NCBI GenBank assembly: GCA_963666735.1
Contig: OY762926.1
Coordinates: forward strand, 1,248,001-1,312,000
Reading direction: 5' to 3'
DNA length: 64,000 bases
Origin: Gemmatimonadota bacterium
GTDB taxonomy: Bacteria > Gemmatimonadota > Gemmatimonadetes > Palauibacterales > Palauibacteraceae
Shown here piece after piece: positions 38,706-49,242 of the stretch (positions are counted from its first letter, which is position 1; each line of letters begins with the position of its first letter). The position numbers and the translations under genes were made by a program. The notes beneath the pieces are model-generated. The model was not told where the DNA came from. It did no database searches and saw only the letters and a program-made list of their open reading frames with translations.

Positions 38706-39447
38706 CGAGGATCCGGCGCAGCTGCTCGCCGATCGACTCGGGGGCGACAGCCGGGTCCGCCGCCTCCGTCCCGCCCGCGGCGGGCGGGGCGTCCCGCGGC
38801 GTTCCGGTCGAGGTGGCCGCGGGGCGACGGGGCGATGGTTCGTCGGCCTCCTCCGCTCGCCGACGCACGTCGGCGAGCACGGCGATGAGATCGGCGTTGT
38901 CCGGATCGCGCGCGAGCATCTGCTCGTACACGGCGATGGCGCGGTCGAAGAGGCCCTGGCTCGCGTACAGCCCGGCCAGCGTCGAGGTTTCGATCCCCCC
39001 GGGCGGAACGGGGGCGGAGTCCGGCGCCTCGCCCCGTGGAGCGGGCCGCGCGTCGGCTTCGTCGCTTCGCCAGACTTCCTCGATTTCCTCCAGCCAGTCG
39101 TTCGCCGAAGCGGCGCCGCCGGAACCGCCCGCCCCCGTCTCGACGCGCTCGACGCCCAGCGCCATGCAGGCGAGAGGGTTCGCCGGATCGAGCGTCAGGA
39201 TGTGCTCGAATTCGACTCGCGCCGCCTCGTCGTCTCCGAGTTCGAGCAGCACGCGGGCGTGGAGCAGGCGCGCGTCCAGATAGTACGGGTGTTCCCTCAA
39301 CCCATCCCGGATCACGCTCAGCGCGCGCTCGCGCTCCCCGGCTTGCCGGTACAACTCGGCGAGACGCGCGAACGTGTGGGTGCGCGACTCCAATTCGCCG
39401 TGGCGCAGGAGTTGTTCGATCTCTACGGTCTGGTCGTCGGTGGCCAC
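38677..39447 (-). CDS. Tetratricopeptide repeat protein
   Basis: FARLAELYRQ.G...A, LDPAN; C-terminal TLAGLY.SQG..DRAI.VY..ML..DP.N; start uncertain. Confidence 0.75.
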   Translation of the reverse strand: MATDDQTVEIEQLLRHGELESRTHTFARLAELYRQAGERERALSVIRDGLREHPYYLDARLLHARVLLELGDDEAARVEFEHILTLDPANPLACMALGVERVETGAGGSGGAASANDWLEEIEEVWRSDEADARPAPRGEAPDSAPVPPGGIETSTLAGLYASQGLFDRAIAVYEQMLARDPDNADLIAVLADVRRRAEEADEPSPRRPAATSTGTPRDAPPAAGGTEAADPAVAPESIGEQLRRILDGEAPARPD

Positions 39448-39710
39448 AGGCTTCGCAGGGAGAAAAGCGGCAGGTTCGGGCCTTCCGGCCCGGTCCCCGG
39501 CAACATACCGATCATTTTTTTCGGTTGTCAACGAACGCGGCGGGAATGCGGTGGGGCTCGCGCCTTTCGTTGCCCGGAACGCTGGGCCGGCGTACGTTTT
39601 CGACCGATCACGGAACCAGCGGCCTGCCAGGACGGCCGCTCGCGTTCCGGCCCCGGCGCGGCCGCGTTCGGGCGACTCGATTCAAGACGAGAAGGTGGGT
39701 TCGGCGTCTA

Positions 39711-41552
39711 ATGTTCATGCGGAAGATGCGCGGCAGCGCGAGCATCGTGATGGGCATCATGGCTGCGGCCTTCGTGGGCTGGCTGGTGTTCGACGGGATT
39801 AACGCGATGCAGGGAGGGAACCTCGGCGGACAGGTCAATCCCGTCGTGGGGCAGGTCGGAGGACAGGACGTCCGCTACAACGAGTGGAACATCTTCCTCC
39901 AGAACCAGCTCGCGGTGAGCCGCGCGGCCGATCGTGGCATGACGGACGAGGATGTGCGCGTCGTGACCGAACGGGCCTGGGAGAGCCTGATCGGCGCGAC
40001 GCTGATCCAGGCGGAGCTGGACCGGCTCGGGGTCACCGTGTCCGACGCGGAGGTTCGGCAGGCATTCCTCACCCAGCCGCCCCAGGAGATGTTGAGCTAC
40101 CCCGGGTTCCAGACGGACGGGCAGTTCGACATCGATAAGTACCGCCGGTTCTTCACGGACCCCGCGACGGACGAAACGCAACTTCTGCAGATCGAGAACT
40201 ACTACCGCTCCATCCTTCCGCGCGCGAAGCTCCAGACGCTCGTCCAGAGCGGGATCTACGTATCCGAGGAAGAGGCGTGGCGGTTCTACCGGGATACCAA
40301 CGAGCGGGCCCGCGTCCGCTTCGTGCGGGTCGATCCGGCCCAGACCGTGGCGGACTCCCAGGTCGCCGTTTCGGAGGATGAGATCCGGCGGGTCTACGAC
40401 GAACGCGTGGACGAGCTCATCCGGCCGGCCAGCGCCCGCGTGAACATGGTCAGCATCTCGCTTCGACCCTCCGTCGCCGACTCGGCCGCCGCCCGCCAAC
40501 GGGCCGCCGAACTCGCGGATCGCGTGCGGGGAGGCGAGGACTTCGCCGAGGTGGCGACCGCGGAGTCCGCGGACTCCATCTCCGGCGCCGAGGGCGGTTT
40601 CATGGGCAAGCGTCCGATGAGCGCCTTCGATCCGCGGCTCGCCGAAGTGGCCGCGGACGCCCCGCTTGGACAGGTCACGGATCCGGTCGAGACGCCGTTC
40701 GGGCTGCACGTCCTTCAGGTCGACGAGCGCACCGCGGACTCTCTGGCGCTGCGCCAGATCTACGTTCCGTTCGAGATTTCCGGCGCCACCGAGGACTCGG
40801 TGTTCACGCTCCTCGACGACCTGGAGGACCTTGCGCTACGCACCGACCTCATGACCGCCGGCGACTCCCTGGGAGTGACGATCCGCACCGACGTGCAACT
40901 CCTGGACGGAGTGGACTTCATTCCGGGCGCCGGCCAGTTGGGGGTGGCGAGGGAGTGGGCCCTGGGCCCCGAGAGCGAGATCGGAGACCTGTCGGACTCG
41001 TTCGAGAACCCGGCGGGGTTCCACCTGGTCGAACTTCTCGGACGGCGGGACGAGAGTACGATTCCGTTCGAGGAGGCCAGGATCGGGATTCGCGCGGAGC
41101 TCGTGGTCGAGAAGAAGAAGGAACGGACCGCCGAACTGGCCGGCGGCCTGCTCGGCGCGGTCGCGGCCGGACGTCCTCTCGATGAGGCGGCGGAGGAACT
41201 CGGTTGGTCGGTCGAGGAGACCGGATCATTCCGCCGGGGCGATTTCGTCCCGGGACTGGGCCAGGGCACGGAGGCGGTCGGCTTCGGGTTCGGGGCCGAG
41301 GTCGGCGAGTTCAGCGGCGTTCTGGACGCCGGGGATGCGGTGGTCGTCGTCGAGGTCCTGGAGCGCGAAGCGGCCACGCGGGACGGGTTCGAGGAAGTCA
41401 GCGACGCCGTGCTGGGGCAGCTGAGCTTCGAGCGTTCCCAGCAGTACGTGCAGAAATGGCTGGCTGCGCTTCGCGAAGACACGGTCGTCGAGGACCATCG
41501 CGCGAGGCTCCTCCTGCAGCAGGATGCCCAGCCCATGATCCCGGGCTTCTGA
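39711..41552 (+). CDS. ppiD: SurA-N/PpiC peptidyl-prolyl isomerase (PpiD-like)
   Basis: N-terminal TM; FQTDGQFD; rotamase FAEVA..ESAD..S...GG.MG...PVETPFGLH. Confidence 0.8.
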   Translation: MFMRKMRGSASIVMGIMAAAFVGWLVFDGINAMQGGNLGGQVNPVVGQVGGQDVRYNEWNIFLQNQLAVSRAADRGMTDEDVRVVTERAWESLIGATLIQAELDRLGVTVSDAEVRQAFLTQPPQEMLSYPGFQTDGQFDIDKYRRFFTDPATDETQLLQIENYYRSILPRAKLQTLVQSGIYVSEEEAWRFYRDTNERARVRFVRVDPAQTVADSQVAVSEDEIRRVYDERVDELIRPASARVNMVSISLRPSVADSAAARQRAAELADRVRGGEDFAEVATAESADSISGAEGGFMGKRPMSAFDPRLAEVAADAPLGQVTDPVETPFGLHVLQVDERTADSLALRQIYVPFEISGATEDSVFTLLDDLEDLALRTDLMTAGDSLGVTIRTDVQLLDGVDFIPGAGQLGVAREWALGPESEIGDLSDSFENPAGFHLVELLGRRDESTIPFEEARIGIRAELVVEKKKERTAELAGGLLGAVAAGRPLDEAAEELGWSVEETGSFRRGDFVPGLGQGTEAVGFGFGAEVGEFSGVLDAGDAVVVVEVLEREAATRDGFEEVSDAVLGQLSFERSQQYVQKWLAALREDTVVEDHRARLLLQQDAQPMIPGF

Positions 41553-41616
41553 CCCCGAACCGCTGACGACCGGCTCGGCCCCCGCCGGGTACCCCGGCTA
41601 CCGGCCGGCGATACGA

Positions 41617-41859
41617 CTAGTGTTCGGAGTTGGCGGGGCGGGCCTGCGCGGTCTCCTTGGCGGCGGAGGCCGCCGACGGAGACGCGGTGTCCCCCGTGAT
41701 CTCGGCCCGCACGTCGCCCTCGACCTCCTTGATCGAACCCTTGAACTCACGGATCCCCCGGCCGAGGGAACTCCCGATCTCGGGAAGCCGCTTCGCGCCG
41801 AAGAGGAGCAGGATAGCGAGGAATACAAGCAACAACTCCCATGGGCTCAGACCGAACAT
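41617..41859 (-). CDS. tatA: Twin-arginine translocase TatA
   Basis: LLLFGAKRLPEIG.SLG.GIREFK. Confidence 0.95.
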   Translation of the reverse strand: MFGLSPWELLLVFLAILLLFGAKRLPEIGSSLGRGIREFKGSIKEVEGDVRAEITGDTASPSAASAAKETAQARPANSEH

Positions 41860-41899
41860 CTCAGACTCCTTGGTTGTTGGCTCATCTCCCGTGTCCCGG

Positions 41900-42181
41900 T
41901 CAGAGAAGCGACCGGGCGAACCAGGCGACGAGCACGACCCCGACGACGCTCAGCACGTTCAGGCGCAGGACGATCGGCCCCAGAGTGAAGGCGAGCACCT
42001 TGAGATCGAATGCAAGCGGCTGCAGTGAAGCCGCGACCGTTGTAATGAAGAACTGACGCGCCGCTGATGGGGGCAACGTAACCGCCATGAGTTCGGTGAG
42101 CAGCCCCCCGAGCACAAATCCCCCCGCGATGATGAGGATCAGGCGTATCGGGGAGCGACTGCGTCTGCTTGCGAAGTTCAC
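41900..42181 (-). CDS. Small membrane protein (DUF4321-like)
   Basis: Hydrophobic segments; DL.VL.FTLGP..L.LN..S..G pattern. Confidence 0.7.
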   Translation of the reverse strand: MNFASRRSRSPIRLILIIAGGFVLGGLLTELMAVTLPPSAARQFFITTVAASLQPLAFDLKVLAFTLGPIVLRLNVLSVVGVVLVAWFARSLL

Positions 42182-42184
42182 TCG

Positions 42185-43171
42185 CTACCGTACTCTCTCG
42201 ACGACGTAATCCACGGCGAGGCTCAACGCCTCCAGGCACGGACTCGCCGGTAGGCGCCGGAGCTGGTCCCCGGCCCGGCCCGCCCGCGACCGCGCCTCCT
42301 CGCGGGCCGTCTCCACGCCTCCATGCGCTTCCACGAGATCCACGATCTCCTGCACGGCATCCGGGGAGGGCTCCGGGTCCGCGAAGAGCCCCTCGACGGC
42401 GCGTCGCTCCCCCCACTCCATCTTGGGCAGAGCGGCGATCAGGGGCAACGTTACCTTGTGTTCCTGCAGGTCCTGCCCCCGCGGTTTGCCCATCACTCGA
42501 GTCGACGATGAATAGTCGAGCAGATCGTCGACGATCTGGAACGCCATCCCCAGGTGATGGCCGTACGCGCGCATGGCGTCCCGGTATTGCGGCGCCCCGG
42601 ACAGCGTCCCGAGTTCGCACGCCGCGGACATCAGGGAAGCCGTCTTGTGTTCGCACAGCCTCTCGTAGTCGTCGCGCGTGAAGTCGAGGCCATCGTGGAG
42701 TACGAGCTGCCGCATTTCCCCGATCGTCATGCGGTTCGCCGTGTGGGCGAGGAGGGCGACCTGTTCGAGCTTGCCGAGCGCGACGACCTCGATGACCGCG
42801 CGCGAATAGAGGTAGTCGCCCGCGATGATCGCGACCTGGTGCGTCCAGCGGTGGTTGACGGTGGGCCGGCCTCTTCGCCTCGCGGAGTGATCGACCGCAT
42901 CATCGTGTACGAGGGTCGCCACATGCAGCAGTTCGACGATGGCCGCCAGCTTCACGGCATCCGGGGAGGGGCGCCCTCCCACGCCGTTGGCGAGGAGGAG
43001 CAGGGTGGGCCGAAGGAGCTTCCCGGAGCGCGCAAACAGGTAGTCGCCCACCTCGTCGAGGGCCTCGAATCCCGATGGCACCATCCCGCGCAGCTCACGC
43101 TCGACGGCAAGGAGCCGGTCCGCTACGGGCAGGCGGACTTGTTCCAGATCGATGGCGGTGGTCGGGAGCAT
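42185..43171 (-). CDS. Polyprenyl diphosphate synthase
   Basis: GKLLRP, ELLH.ATLVHDDAVD..RRG, KTA, AFQIVDDLLD. Confidence 0.93.
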   Translation of the reverse strand: MLPTTAIDLEQVRLPVADRLLAVERELRGMVPSGFEALDEVGDYLFARSGKLLRPTLLLLANGVGGRPSPDAVKLAAIVELLHVATLVHDDAVDHSARRRGRPTVNHRWTHQVAIIAGDYLYSRAVIEVVALGKLEQVALLAHTANRMTIGEMRQLVLHDGLDFTRDDYERLCEHKTASLMSAACELGTLSGAPQYRDAMRAYGHHLGMAFQIVDDLLDYSSSTRVMGKPRGQDLQEHKVTLPLIAALPKMEWGERRAVEGLFADPEPSPDAVQEIVDLVEAHGGVETAREEARSRAGRAGDQLRRLPASPCLEALSLAVDYVVERVR

Positions 43172-43235
43172 ACCCTCCTCGGCGCGCGAATCGCGCATGA
43201 AGTGCACGGGAATGTCGGGAGCCCCGAGAGGAATG

Positions 43236-46200
43236 TCAAAAGCGCCCGAGGCCCGACCCGCCGGAACCGAAACCGCGCTGGCCATCCTGCGTCTGCTGGT
43301 CGTAGTCGAACTTGAGATCGGGGGCGTCCTGGAGGCTGACGCTCATCTGGAAGATGAAGTTCCCGTTCGGTGAGCGGGCGAACATGAAGGTCGCGATCCA
43401 CCGGTGCAGGGCGCGGTCGAGCGTGATGAGGTGCTCCCCGAACTGCTTGTTCGTGAGGTTGTACGTCGTCCGCCACGCGAGACGCCAACTCGGCGTCGGA
43501 TTGAGTGAGAGGACCGCGTTGAGCGACTGCCGGTCCTGTGAACTCTGCTCCTCCCGGCCGCGCTGAAGCGAATAGGTCAGCGCCAGCGTCCACGGGCCGC
43601 CGGCCCGCAGGCCGGGGTCCGCCGGATCCGGATTCTCGTCGAAACTCTGCAGCCGGTATCGGGAATCGGCCGCATTCCGCAGGCGGCTCTGGGCCGCGGC
43701 TCCACCCCCTCCGCCCCCGCCGCCCAGTCCGAGCAGCCCGCCGAGACCGCTGGCCGAGCTGAACGTGAAGCTGCCCGTCAGGCTCGACAGGATGGGGGCG
43801 AACATCCGATCCTGCCCGGTGCCTTCGAACAGGTCGAGAGACATGTTCAGTGACAATCCCCTCAGCAGGTCCGAGTTGACGCGGTGCGACCAGCGGTCCG
43901 TCGTCAGCGGCGACTCATCCTCGCGGGACCAGTCGAAGGTGAGAGGGCTCGAGTTGATGCCCAGGAGGACGACGTTCCGGCGCGGTTGGGCGCGGCGCGG
44001 CGCATCGGGATCCTCCGGGTCCGCTCCGGCGCGGGCCGCCGCCTCCCGCGCGGCGTCGGCCACCCCACCGGCCGCTTCGGCGGGACCTGCTTCGGCCGCT
44101 TCGGTCTCCGGCGCCTGAACCCCGGCCGAATCTCCGGCCGCGGCGAGGGAATCCGCCTCGAACGCGGCCGCGCCAGGCTCCTGGCCGGTCGAATCGGCTT
44201 CGAGCGAGCGGCCCTCCAGGAGCGCTTCCGCTTCGGCGTCGAGTTCGACTTCTTCGCGCAGCTTGGCTTCGAAGGTCTGGTTCAGCGTGATGCGAAGCCG
44301 ATTCTCCTCCTTGGCATTCGACACCGGGAACCCGGGGATCGACAGCAGCGAATCGGAGGCTTCCACGGCCGGCGAATAGTCGTAGTGAAAGCGTGGCGAG
44401 ACCTTGTGGCGGATCCGCTCGAACGGCCCGGCGCCGGGGAGAAACCCGTAGACATCGGTGGACACCGCGGCTCCGAAGCGGAGACGCGCCGGAGCGGTGA
44501 TGAACTCTCCGTTCGTGTCATCCGACTGGAACCGGCTCGCGTCCACGCTCAGCGTGGGACGAAGCGTCGTGCTCCCGATGAGGTCGATCTGGTAGTCCGC
44601 CTGTGCTCCGTAGTCCAGTTTCGAAACGCTCCCGGACGCCGCGGATGCGGTGGTGTCGGCGCCGGGCAGCGGCTGGAACGGAAGTACCGTGTTCCGGTTG
44701 AAATTCGTCCTTCCGCTGACCCCGAAGGAGCCGATGCGGATGGCGCTGTTCGCGGACGCAACTTCGGTTCTCTTGCCGTCGTCCTCCTCCTGGGTCCGGT
44801 CCAGACGCGAAGCGGAGAAACCGCCGTTGACGACGATATTGTTGAACGGCCCGCTGCGGTTGCGCGGCGCGCGGAAGAGGGTCAGGGGGGAGAAGGTCAT
44901 CTGAAGCTTGGGCAGCGTGAGGTCCGTCCGCCCCTTCTGCGCCCCCAGATCCTGGCGCCGGCTTCCGCTCAGGTTGACGGACGCGAAGGGGAACCGGTGC
45001 TGGACGCCGACATCCGACGCGATGCGCTGCGTCTGAATCGTCGGGTCGAAGGTCTGGCGCTCGAAGACGGTGGTGTTCGAGATGAAGTTGGCGTTGACGC
45101 GGATATCCGTGACGGGGGTCAACTCGTGGCGGTGCCGCATCTGGAACTGCAGCGTCTTCTCGTTCCCGAAGCTGTAGCTCGCGATGACATTCCCGCGGAA
45201 GAACTTCTTGATCGAGCGGTATCGGACCGCCCCGTTGAGGCGCGTGAACCGTCCGCTGAACCAGTCGGCCGTCGCCTGAGCATCCATGAAATCGTTCAAC
45301 GCAAAGTAATACCCGAAGTCGGTGATGCTCCGGCGGGCGTTGGTGGAGGATGCGACGACATCGTTGAACCCGAAGCGCGGGGGCAGAAAGCCGCTCCTGC
45401 GTTCCTCGCGAATGTCCTGCGCGAAGAACGGGAGCCAGGCGACCGGCACATTCTGGATGTAGAGGGTCACGGGCCAGGCCACGACGATGTCGTCCGACAC
45501 GACCTTGATCTGCCCGGCGCGGAAGTAGTAGTGCGGTTCGTCGGCTTCGCACGAGGTGAAGTTCCCGGTCTCGACGAAGGCGGTGCCGGAGCCGCGCATG
45601 GTCATGAGGCCCCGGATGAACCAGTCGGCCCCCTGCTGGGCGAACGAGGTTCGGGCATCCGCGACGGTGCCCTTGGTGGCGGAAACGTCGTAGTTCAGAC
45701 ACTCGTCGGAGATGACGTTCTCCCCTTCCCCGGTGAGCGAGATGTTGCCGCAGCCCCGCACGAACTGCACACCCGCCTCGTAGGTGATCGTGTCCGCATC
45801 GATGGTGGACTGCTCGTACATCACCTGTGCCTCGCGCGTGAGCTGCACACGCTGCCGGTCGACGTCCAGATCGACCTCGCGCCCCTGGTATCGGACAGCC
45901 TGATAGCCCGGTTCTCCGAGGAGCTGTCCGAAGATGTCGTCCTGTTGCGGGAAGGGCGGGTCCGTCGAACCGGCATCCAGGGTGTCCGCGGCGGCCGCGT
46001 CCGCGGGCGCGCCTGCGGCCGCGCTCGAGTCGCCGACCGCTACCGAGTCGTCAACAGCGGCGGAATCCCCGACGGCCGCGGAGTCGCCGGCCGCGGCGGA
46101 GTCCGCCACGGGGATGTCCAGCGTGTCCCGCGCGGTGGAATCCCGCGGCAGGGTATCCCGCCCCGCGACCACGACCGTGTCGGTGTCCGCCCGAGCGGCA

Positions 46201-46301
46201 AACTGGAGCGGGCGGGCGCCCGCGGGCGCGGCGCGCGCCGTTTCGGTTGCGCCGAGACCGCCGAGCAGAACCGCCAGCGCCAGGAGCGTGCGCAGCCTCA
46301 G
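43236..46301 (-). CDS. lptD: LPS-assembly protein LptD-like outer-membrane beta-barrel
   Basis: FTSC...PHYYF, LPF......RRSGFL.P, GYYFALNDFMD, R.LHRW; the frame extends to CTG 46301 and encodes a signal peptide. Confidence 0.8.
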   Translation of the reverse strand: MRLRTLLALAVLLGGLGATETARAAPAGARPLQFAARADTDTVVVAGRDTLPRDSTARDTLDIPVADSAAAGDSAAVGDSAAVDDSVAVGDSSAAAGAPADAAAADTLDAGSTDPPFPQQDDIFGQLLGEPGYQAVRYQGREVDLDVDRQRVQLTREAQVMYEQSTIDADTITYEAGVQFVRGCGNISLTGEGENVISDECLNYDVSATKGTVADARTSFAQQGADWFIRGLMTMRGSGTAFVETGNFTSCEADEPHYYFRAGQIKVVSDDIVVAWPVTLYIQNVPVAWLPFFAQDIREERRSGFLPPRFGFNDVVASSTNARRSITDFGYYFALNDFMDAQATADWFSGRFTRLNGAVRYRSIKKFFRGNVIASYSFGNEKTLQFQMRHRHELTPVTDIRVNANFISNTTVFERQTFDPTIQTQRIASDVGVQHRFPFASVNLSGSRRQDLGAQKGRTDLTLPKLQMTFSPLTLFRAPRNRSGPFNNIVVNGGFSASRLDRTQEEDDGKRTEVASANSAIRIGSFGVSGRTNFNRNTVLPFQPLPGADTTASAASGSVSKLDYGAQADYQIDLIGSTTLRPTLSVDASRFQSDDTNGEFITAPARLRFGAAVSTDVYGFLPGAGPFERIRHKVSPRFHYDYSPAVEASDSLLSIPGFPVSNAKEENRLRITLNQTFEAKLREEVELDAEAEALLEGRSLEADSTGQEPGAAAFEADSLAAAGDSAGVQAPETEAAEAGPAEAAGGVADAAREAAARAGADPEDPDAPRRAQPRRNVVLLGINSSPLTFDWSREDESPLTTDRWSHRVNSDLLRGLSLNMSLDLFEGTGQDRMFAPILSSLTGSFTFSSASGLGGLLGLGGGGGGGGAAAQSRLRNAADSRYRLQSFDENPDPADPGLRAGGPWTLALTYSLQRGREEQSSQDRQSLNAVLSLNPTPSWRLAWRTTYNLTNKQFGEHLITLDRALHRWIATFMFARSPNGNFIFQMSVSLQDAPDLKFDYDQQTQDGQRGFGSGGSGLGRF

Positions 46302-47095
46302 CCGGAACTTCCTTCCCCGGAGGTCCGCTCCGCCTCCCGCTCCTGCCGGCGCCGCCGGAGCACGCGGGTCATGACCACCGATATCTCGTAGAGCAGCATC
46401 ATCGGGACCATCATCGCGAGCATCGTGTAGGGGTCGGCCGGCGTGAGGAACGCCGAGACCACCGCCATCACGACGATCGCGTGCCGCCGGTACTTCGCGA
46501 GCCCCTCCGGCGTCACGATCCCGAGCAGCGAGAGAAAAACGAGAACGACCGGAAGCTCGAAGATGATCCCGAACGCCAGCATCAATCTGAGGGCGAAGGT
46601 CAGATACTCGTTGACCATGATGAGGGGAATGAGTTGATCATCGAAGAAGGTCAGGAGAATCCTGAGCCCGAGCGGGAGCACCAGGAAGTACGCCATCATG
46701 ATCCCGGCGACGAATAGGAGCGTTCCGGCAGCGATCGCGGGGATCGCGAACTTGCGCTCGTTCTCGTAGAGGGCCGGGGCGAGAAAGGCCCACGCCTGCC
46801 AGGCGAGATAGGGAAAGACGGCGACGAGGGCCACGATGAAGCTGAGTTTGAGAATAATGATGACGGGAGTCGTCGGGTTCGAGAAATTCAAGCTCCCGCC
46901 CGGGAGGAACTCGATGATCGGCCGTTGGACGATGCTCAGCACGTCCCACTGCGTGACGGCCACGAGCCCGACGACCATGCCGACAAGAAGCGCGAGGAGC
47001 GCTCGGATCAGGCGAGTGCGAAGCTCATCCAGGTGATCCAGGAAGGGCATCTCCGCCTGATCGGTCGCACCCGGGGTCTGTGGCCGCAGCCTCAT
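46298..47095 (-). CDS. tatC: Twin-arginine translocase TatC
   Basis: EMPFLDHLDELR.R, W.FLAPALY.NE, FG.IFELP, TPADP, LYEIS. Confidence 0.95.
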   Translation of the reverse strand: MRLRPQTPGATDQAEMPFLDHLDELRTRLIRALLALLVGMVVGLVAVTQWDVLSIVQRPIIEFLPGGSLNFSNPTTPVIIILKLSFIVALVAVFPYLAWQAWAFLAPALYENERKFAIPAIAAGTLLFVAGIMMAYFLVLPLGLRILLTFFDDQLIPLIMVNEYLTFALRLMLAFGIIFELPVVLVFLSLLGIVTPEGLAKYRRHAIVVMAVVSAFLTPADPYTMLAMMVPMMLLYEISVVMTRVLRRRRQEREAERTSGEGSSG

Positions 47096-47604
47096 CCGCT
47101 CTGGTCGCCTCCTGCTGAGAACAGATCGACCTGCCCCGCCGCACTGTGCCCGGCGCGTCGCAGCAGTTGTCGCACTTCCTCCATGAACTCCGTGGTGTCC
47201 TGGAAGTTCCGGTACACGCTGGCGAAACGCACGTACGCAACCTGGTCCATGGCGCGGAGCCGCTCCATCACGAGTTCTCCCAGCCTGAGGCTGGCCACAT
47301 CCCGCTGGTCCGCGGCCGCCAACTGTTCCTCGACTTCGTCAACGAGAGACTCTATATCGCGGTTCGATACGGGTCGCTTCGCGCAGGCCACGCGGATGGA
47401 GGCGAGGAGCTTCCCGCGATCGTAGGTCTCCGAGCCGCCATCCTTCTTCATGACGAGCAGGGGCTCCTCCTCGACCTGCTCGTACGTCGTGAAGCGTTCG
47501 CCGCAGGAGAGGCACTCGCGCCGGCGGCGGGTGGCCCGGCCGCCGCGACTCGTGCGGGAGTCGACGACCCGCGCCTCCAGGTGGTTGCAGCGGGGGCACT
47601 GCAC
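47092..47604 (-). CDS. nrdR: Transcriptional repressor NrdR
   Basis: CPRC...VVDSR...RRRRECLSC..RFTTYE; ATP cone; YVRFASVY. Confidence 0.96.
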   Translation of the reverse strand: MQCPRCNHLEARVVDSRTSRGGRATRRRRECLSCGERFTTYEQVEEEPLLVMKKDGGSETYDRGKLLASIRVACAKRPVSNRDIESLVDEVEEQLAAADQRDVASLRLGELVMERLRAMDQVAYVRFASVYRNFQDTTEFMEEVRQLLRRAGHSAAGQVDLFSAGGDQSG

Positions 47605-47646
47605 GCTAGCCTGCGGTCACCGGACGACGAGTGTCATGTCGCAGAG

Positions 47647-48447
47647 CTAGCCGCCCAGCTTCTCGCGTTCCCGGCGGGCCTCAGGCGCCTCGGGGCTGTT
47701 CGGATAGCCGCTCTCGATCTGGGCGAACAACCGCCTCGCCACCGCCGTGTTGCCCCGTCCCGCCTCGATCATCGCTCTGCGAAAGAGCGCCGCGGGCGCC
47801 CGGCTCGAATCCGGATAGAGTTCGGTCAGCCGGCGGAACTCCTCGAGCGCACTGCCGGGATCGTCCGCGTCCTCATAGGTCCGCGCCACCCAGTACTGGG
47901 CGTCGGGCGCGAACTCGTTGCCGCCGTAGACGGCGAGAAAATTGCGGAAGGCGTCGCGCGCGGTCTCCAGGTTGCCGCGCTGGTACATATCGAGCGCCAG
48001 CTCATAGAACTGGGACGCCTCTTCGGACCCGGACGCGGCGGCGGGGCCGGGGTTCGCTTCGGCGACCGTCCGGCCCCCGGCGGGCGGGCCGTCCCCGGCC
48101 GGTTCGGGGAAGCCCATCGGCGACGGGGCGCCCAGTCGGCGCTGAGTCTCGTAGATGTCGTTGAGCAACTGGTTGTTCTGGGCGGACATCTCGATGAGCT
48201 GCTCGAAGAGATCCTCGATCCGCCGGATCAGGCGTTCGACTTCTCCCCGACCCGTGGTCTCCCGGCGCTCGCTCGAACTCTCGATCGATTCCAGGTCCGC
48301 CTGAACCGCATCGGCCAGCCGGCGCTGACCCTCGGCGAGACCCGCGATCTCGCCCCGCAGGGCGTCCCCCATCGTCTCGACATCGCCCCTGGACGCGCAG
48401 GCGGCGGCCGCGACGCTCAACAGCACGGCGACCGCCGCCTTCCGCAT
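47647..48447 (-). CDS. cpoB: Tol-Pal cell-division coordinator CpoB/YbgF (TPR lipoprotein)
   Basis: Lipobox AAAC; coiled coil; TPRs APDAQYW, YPDS..AP.AL, YPNS; follows pal. Confidence 0.85.
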   Translation of the reverse strand: MRKAAVAVLLSVAAAACASRGDVETMGDALRGEIAGLAEGQRRLADAVQADLESIESSSERRETTGRGEVERLIRRIEDLFEQLIEMSAQNNQLLNDIYETQRRLGAPSPMGFPEPAGDGPPAGGRTVAEANPGPAAASGSEEASQFYELALDMYQRGNLETARDAFRNFLAVYGGNEFAPDAQYWVARTYEDADDPGSALEEFRRLTELYPDSSRAPAALFRRAMIEAGRGNTAVARRLFAQIESGYPNSPEAPEARREREKLGG

Positions 48448-49092
48448 CTAGATATCTCCGTCCGTGATGACGAACTCACCGCGACGATTCTGCCGCCAGG
48501 CCGACTCGTTGCTGCCCCGGGCCAGCGGCATCTCCTCCCCGAACGTCACGACATCGAAACGGCCGGCGTCCAGCCCGAGGCTGGAGAGATAGTCGACCGC
48601 GGCCTGGGCTCTCTCCAGACCGAGCGCCTGGTTGTACTCCAGGGAGCCCCTCTCGTCGCAATGACCCTCGACCCGGAGCCGGATGCCGGGCCGATCCCGC
48701 AGCGCGTCCGCCTTGCTCTGCAGGATCGTGGCGGAAGCGTCGGTGATCTCGGATTCGTTGTAGTCGAAGTGAATCCGGGCCACGATGGCCTCGCCGTCCA
48801 TCGCGCGCTCGATGTCCGCGGGCGCGGACTCCGCGCACGTCGTGCCGGGATAGTCGCTTACGGCCTGCTCGAGCAATCGGCGCGCGGTGGCGAAATCTCC
48901 CTCCTCCATGGCCGCCATCGCCTGATCGCAAAGCCGGGACGCGGCCGCCTCGCGCTGCGCGCTGTCATCCACGACCGGGGGCGGAGGGGGCGGAGGGGGC
49001 GGGGGCACCGGTTCCGGTTCCGGGTTGCCGCTACACGCAGTCGCCAGAAGTGCAACGAGAAGCATGGGAGCGAATCGGTGGCTCAGCCGCAT
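48448..49092 (-). CDS. pal: Peptidoglycan-associated lipoprotein
   Basis: Lipobox ATAC; HFDYN.S, EGHCDERGS.EYN.ALG.ERA, QNRR. Confidence 0.92.
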   Translation of the reverse strand: MRLSHRFAPMLLVALLATACSGNPEPEPVPPPPPPPPPPVVDDSAQREAAASRLCDQAMAAMEEGDFATARRLLEQAVSDYPGTTCAESAPADIERAMDGEAIVARIHFDYNESEITDASATILQSKADALRDRPGIRLRVEGHCDERGSLEYNQALGLERAQAAVDYLSSLGLDAGRFDVVTFGEEMPLARGSNESAWRQNRRGEFVITDGDI

Positions 49093-49242
49093 CGAGGTCT
49101 CCTTGTTTACCAGTCGCGGGACGAGAATTCGGCGAGGACAGGGCGAACGCCGGCGCTCAATACGCTGGCCCGATCCCGGTTTCAACACGGATTCGTAACC
49201 TATCAAAGACCCGTCAAGCCGCAACCCGCCGGATGACCCCGG

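Noticed and set aside
46020..46110. Degenerate 18-bp repeats (DSAAxG) in the lptD N-terminus
   Set aside because: Ordinary low-complexity linker
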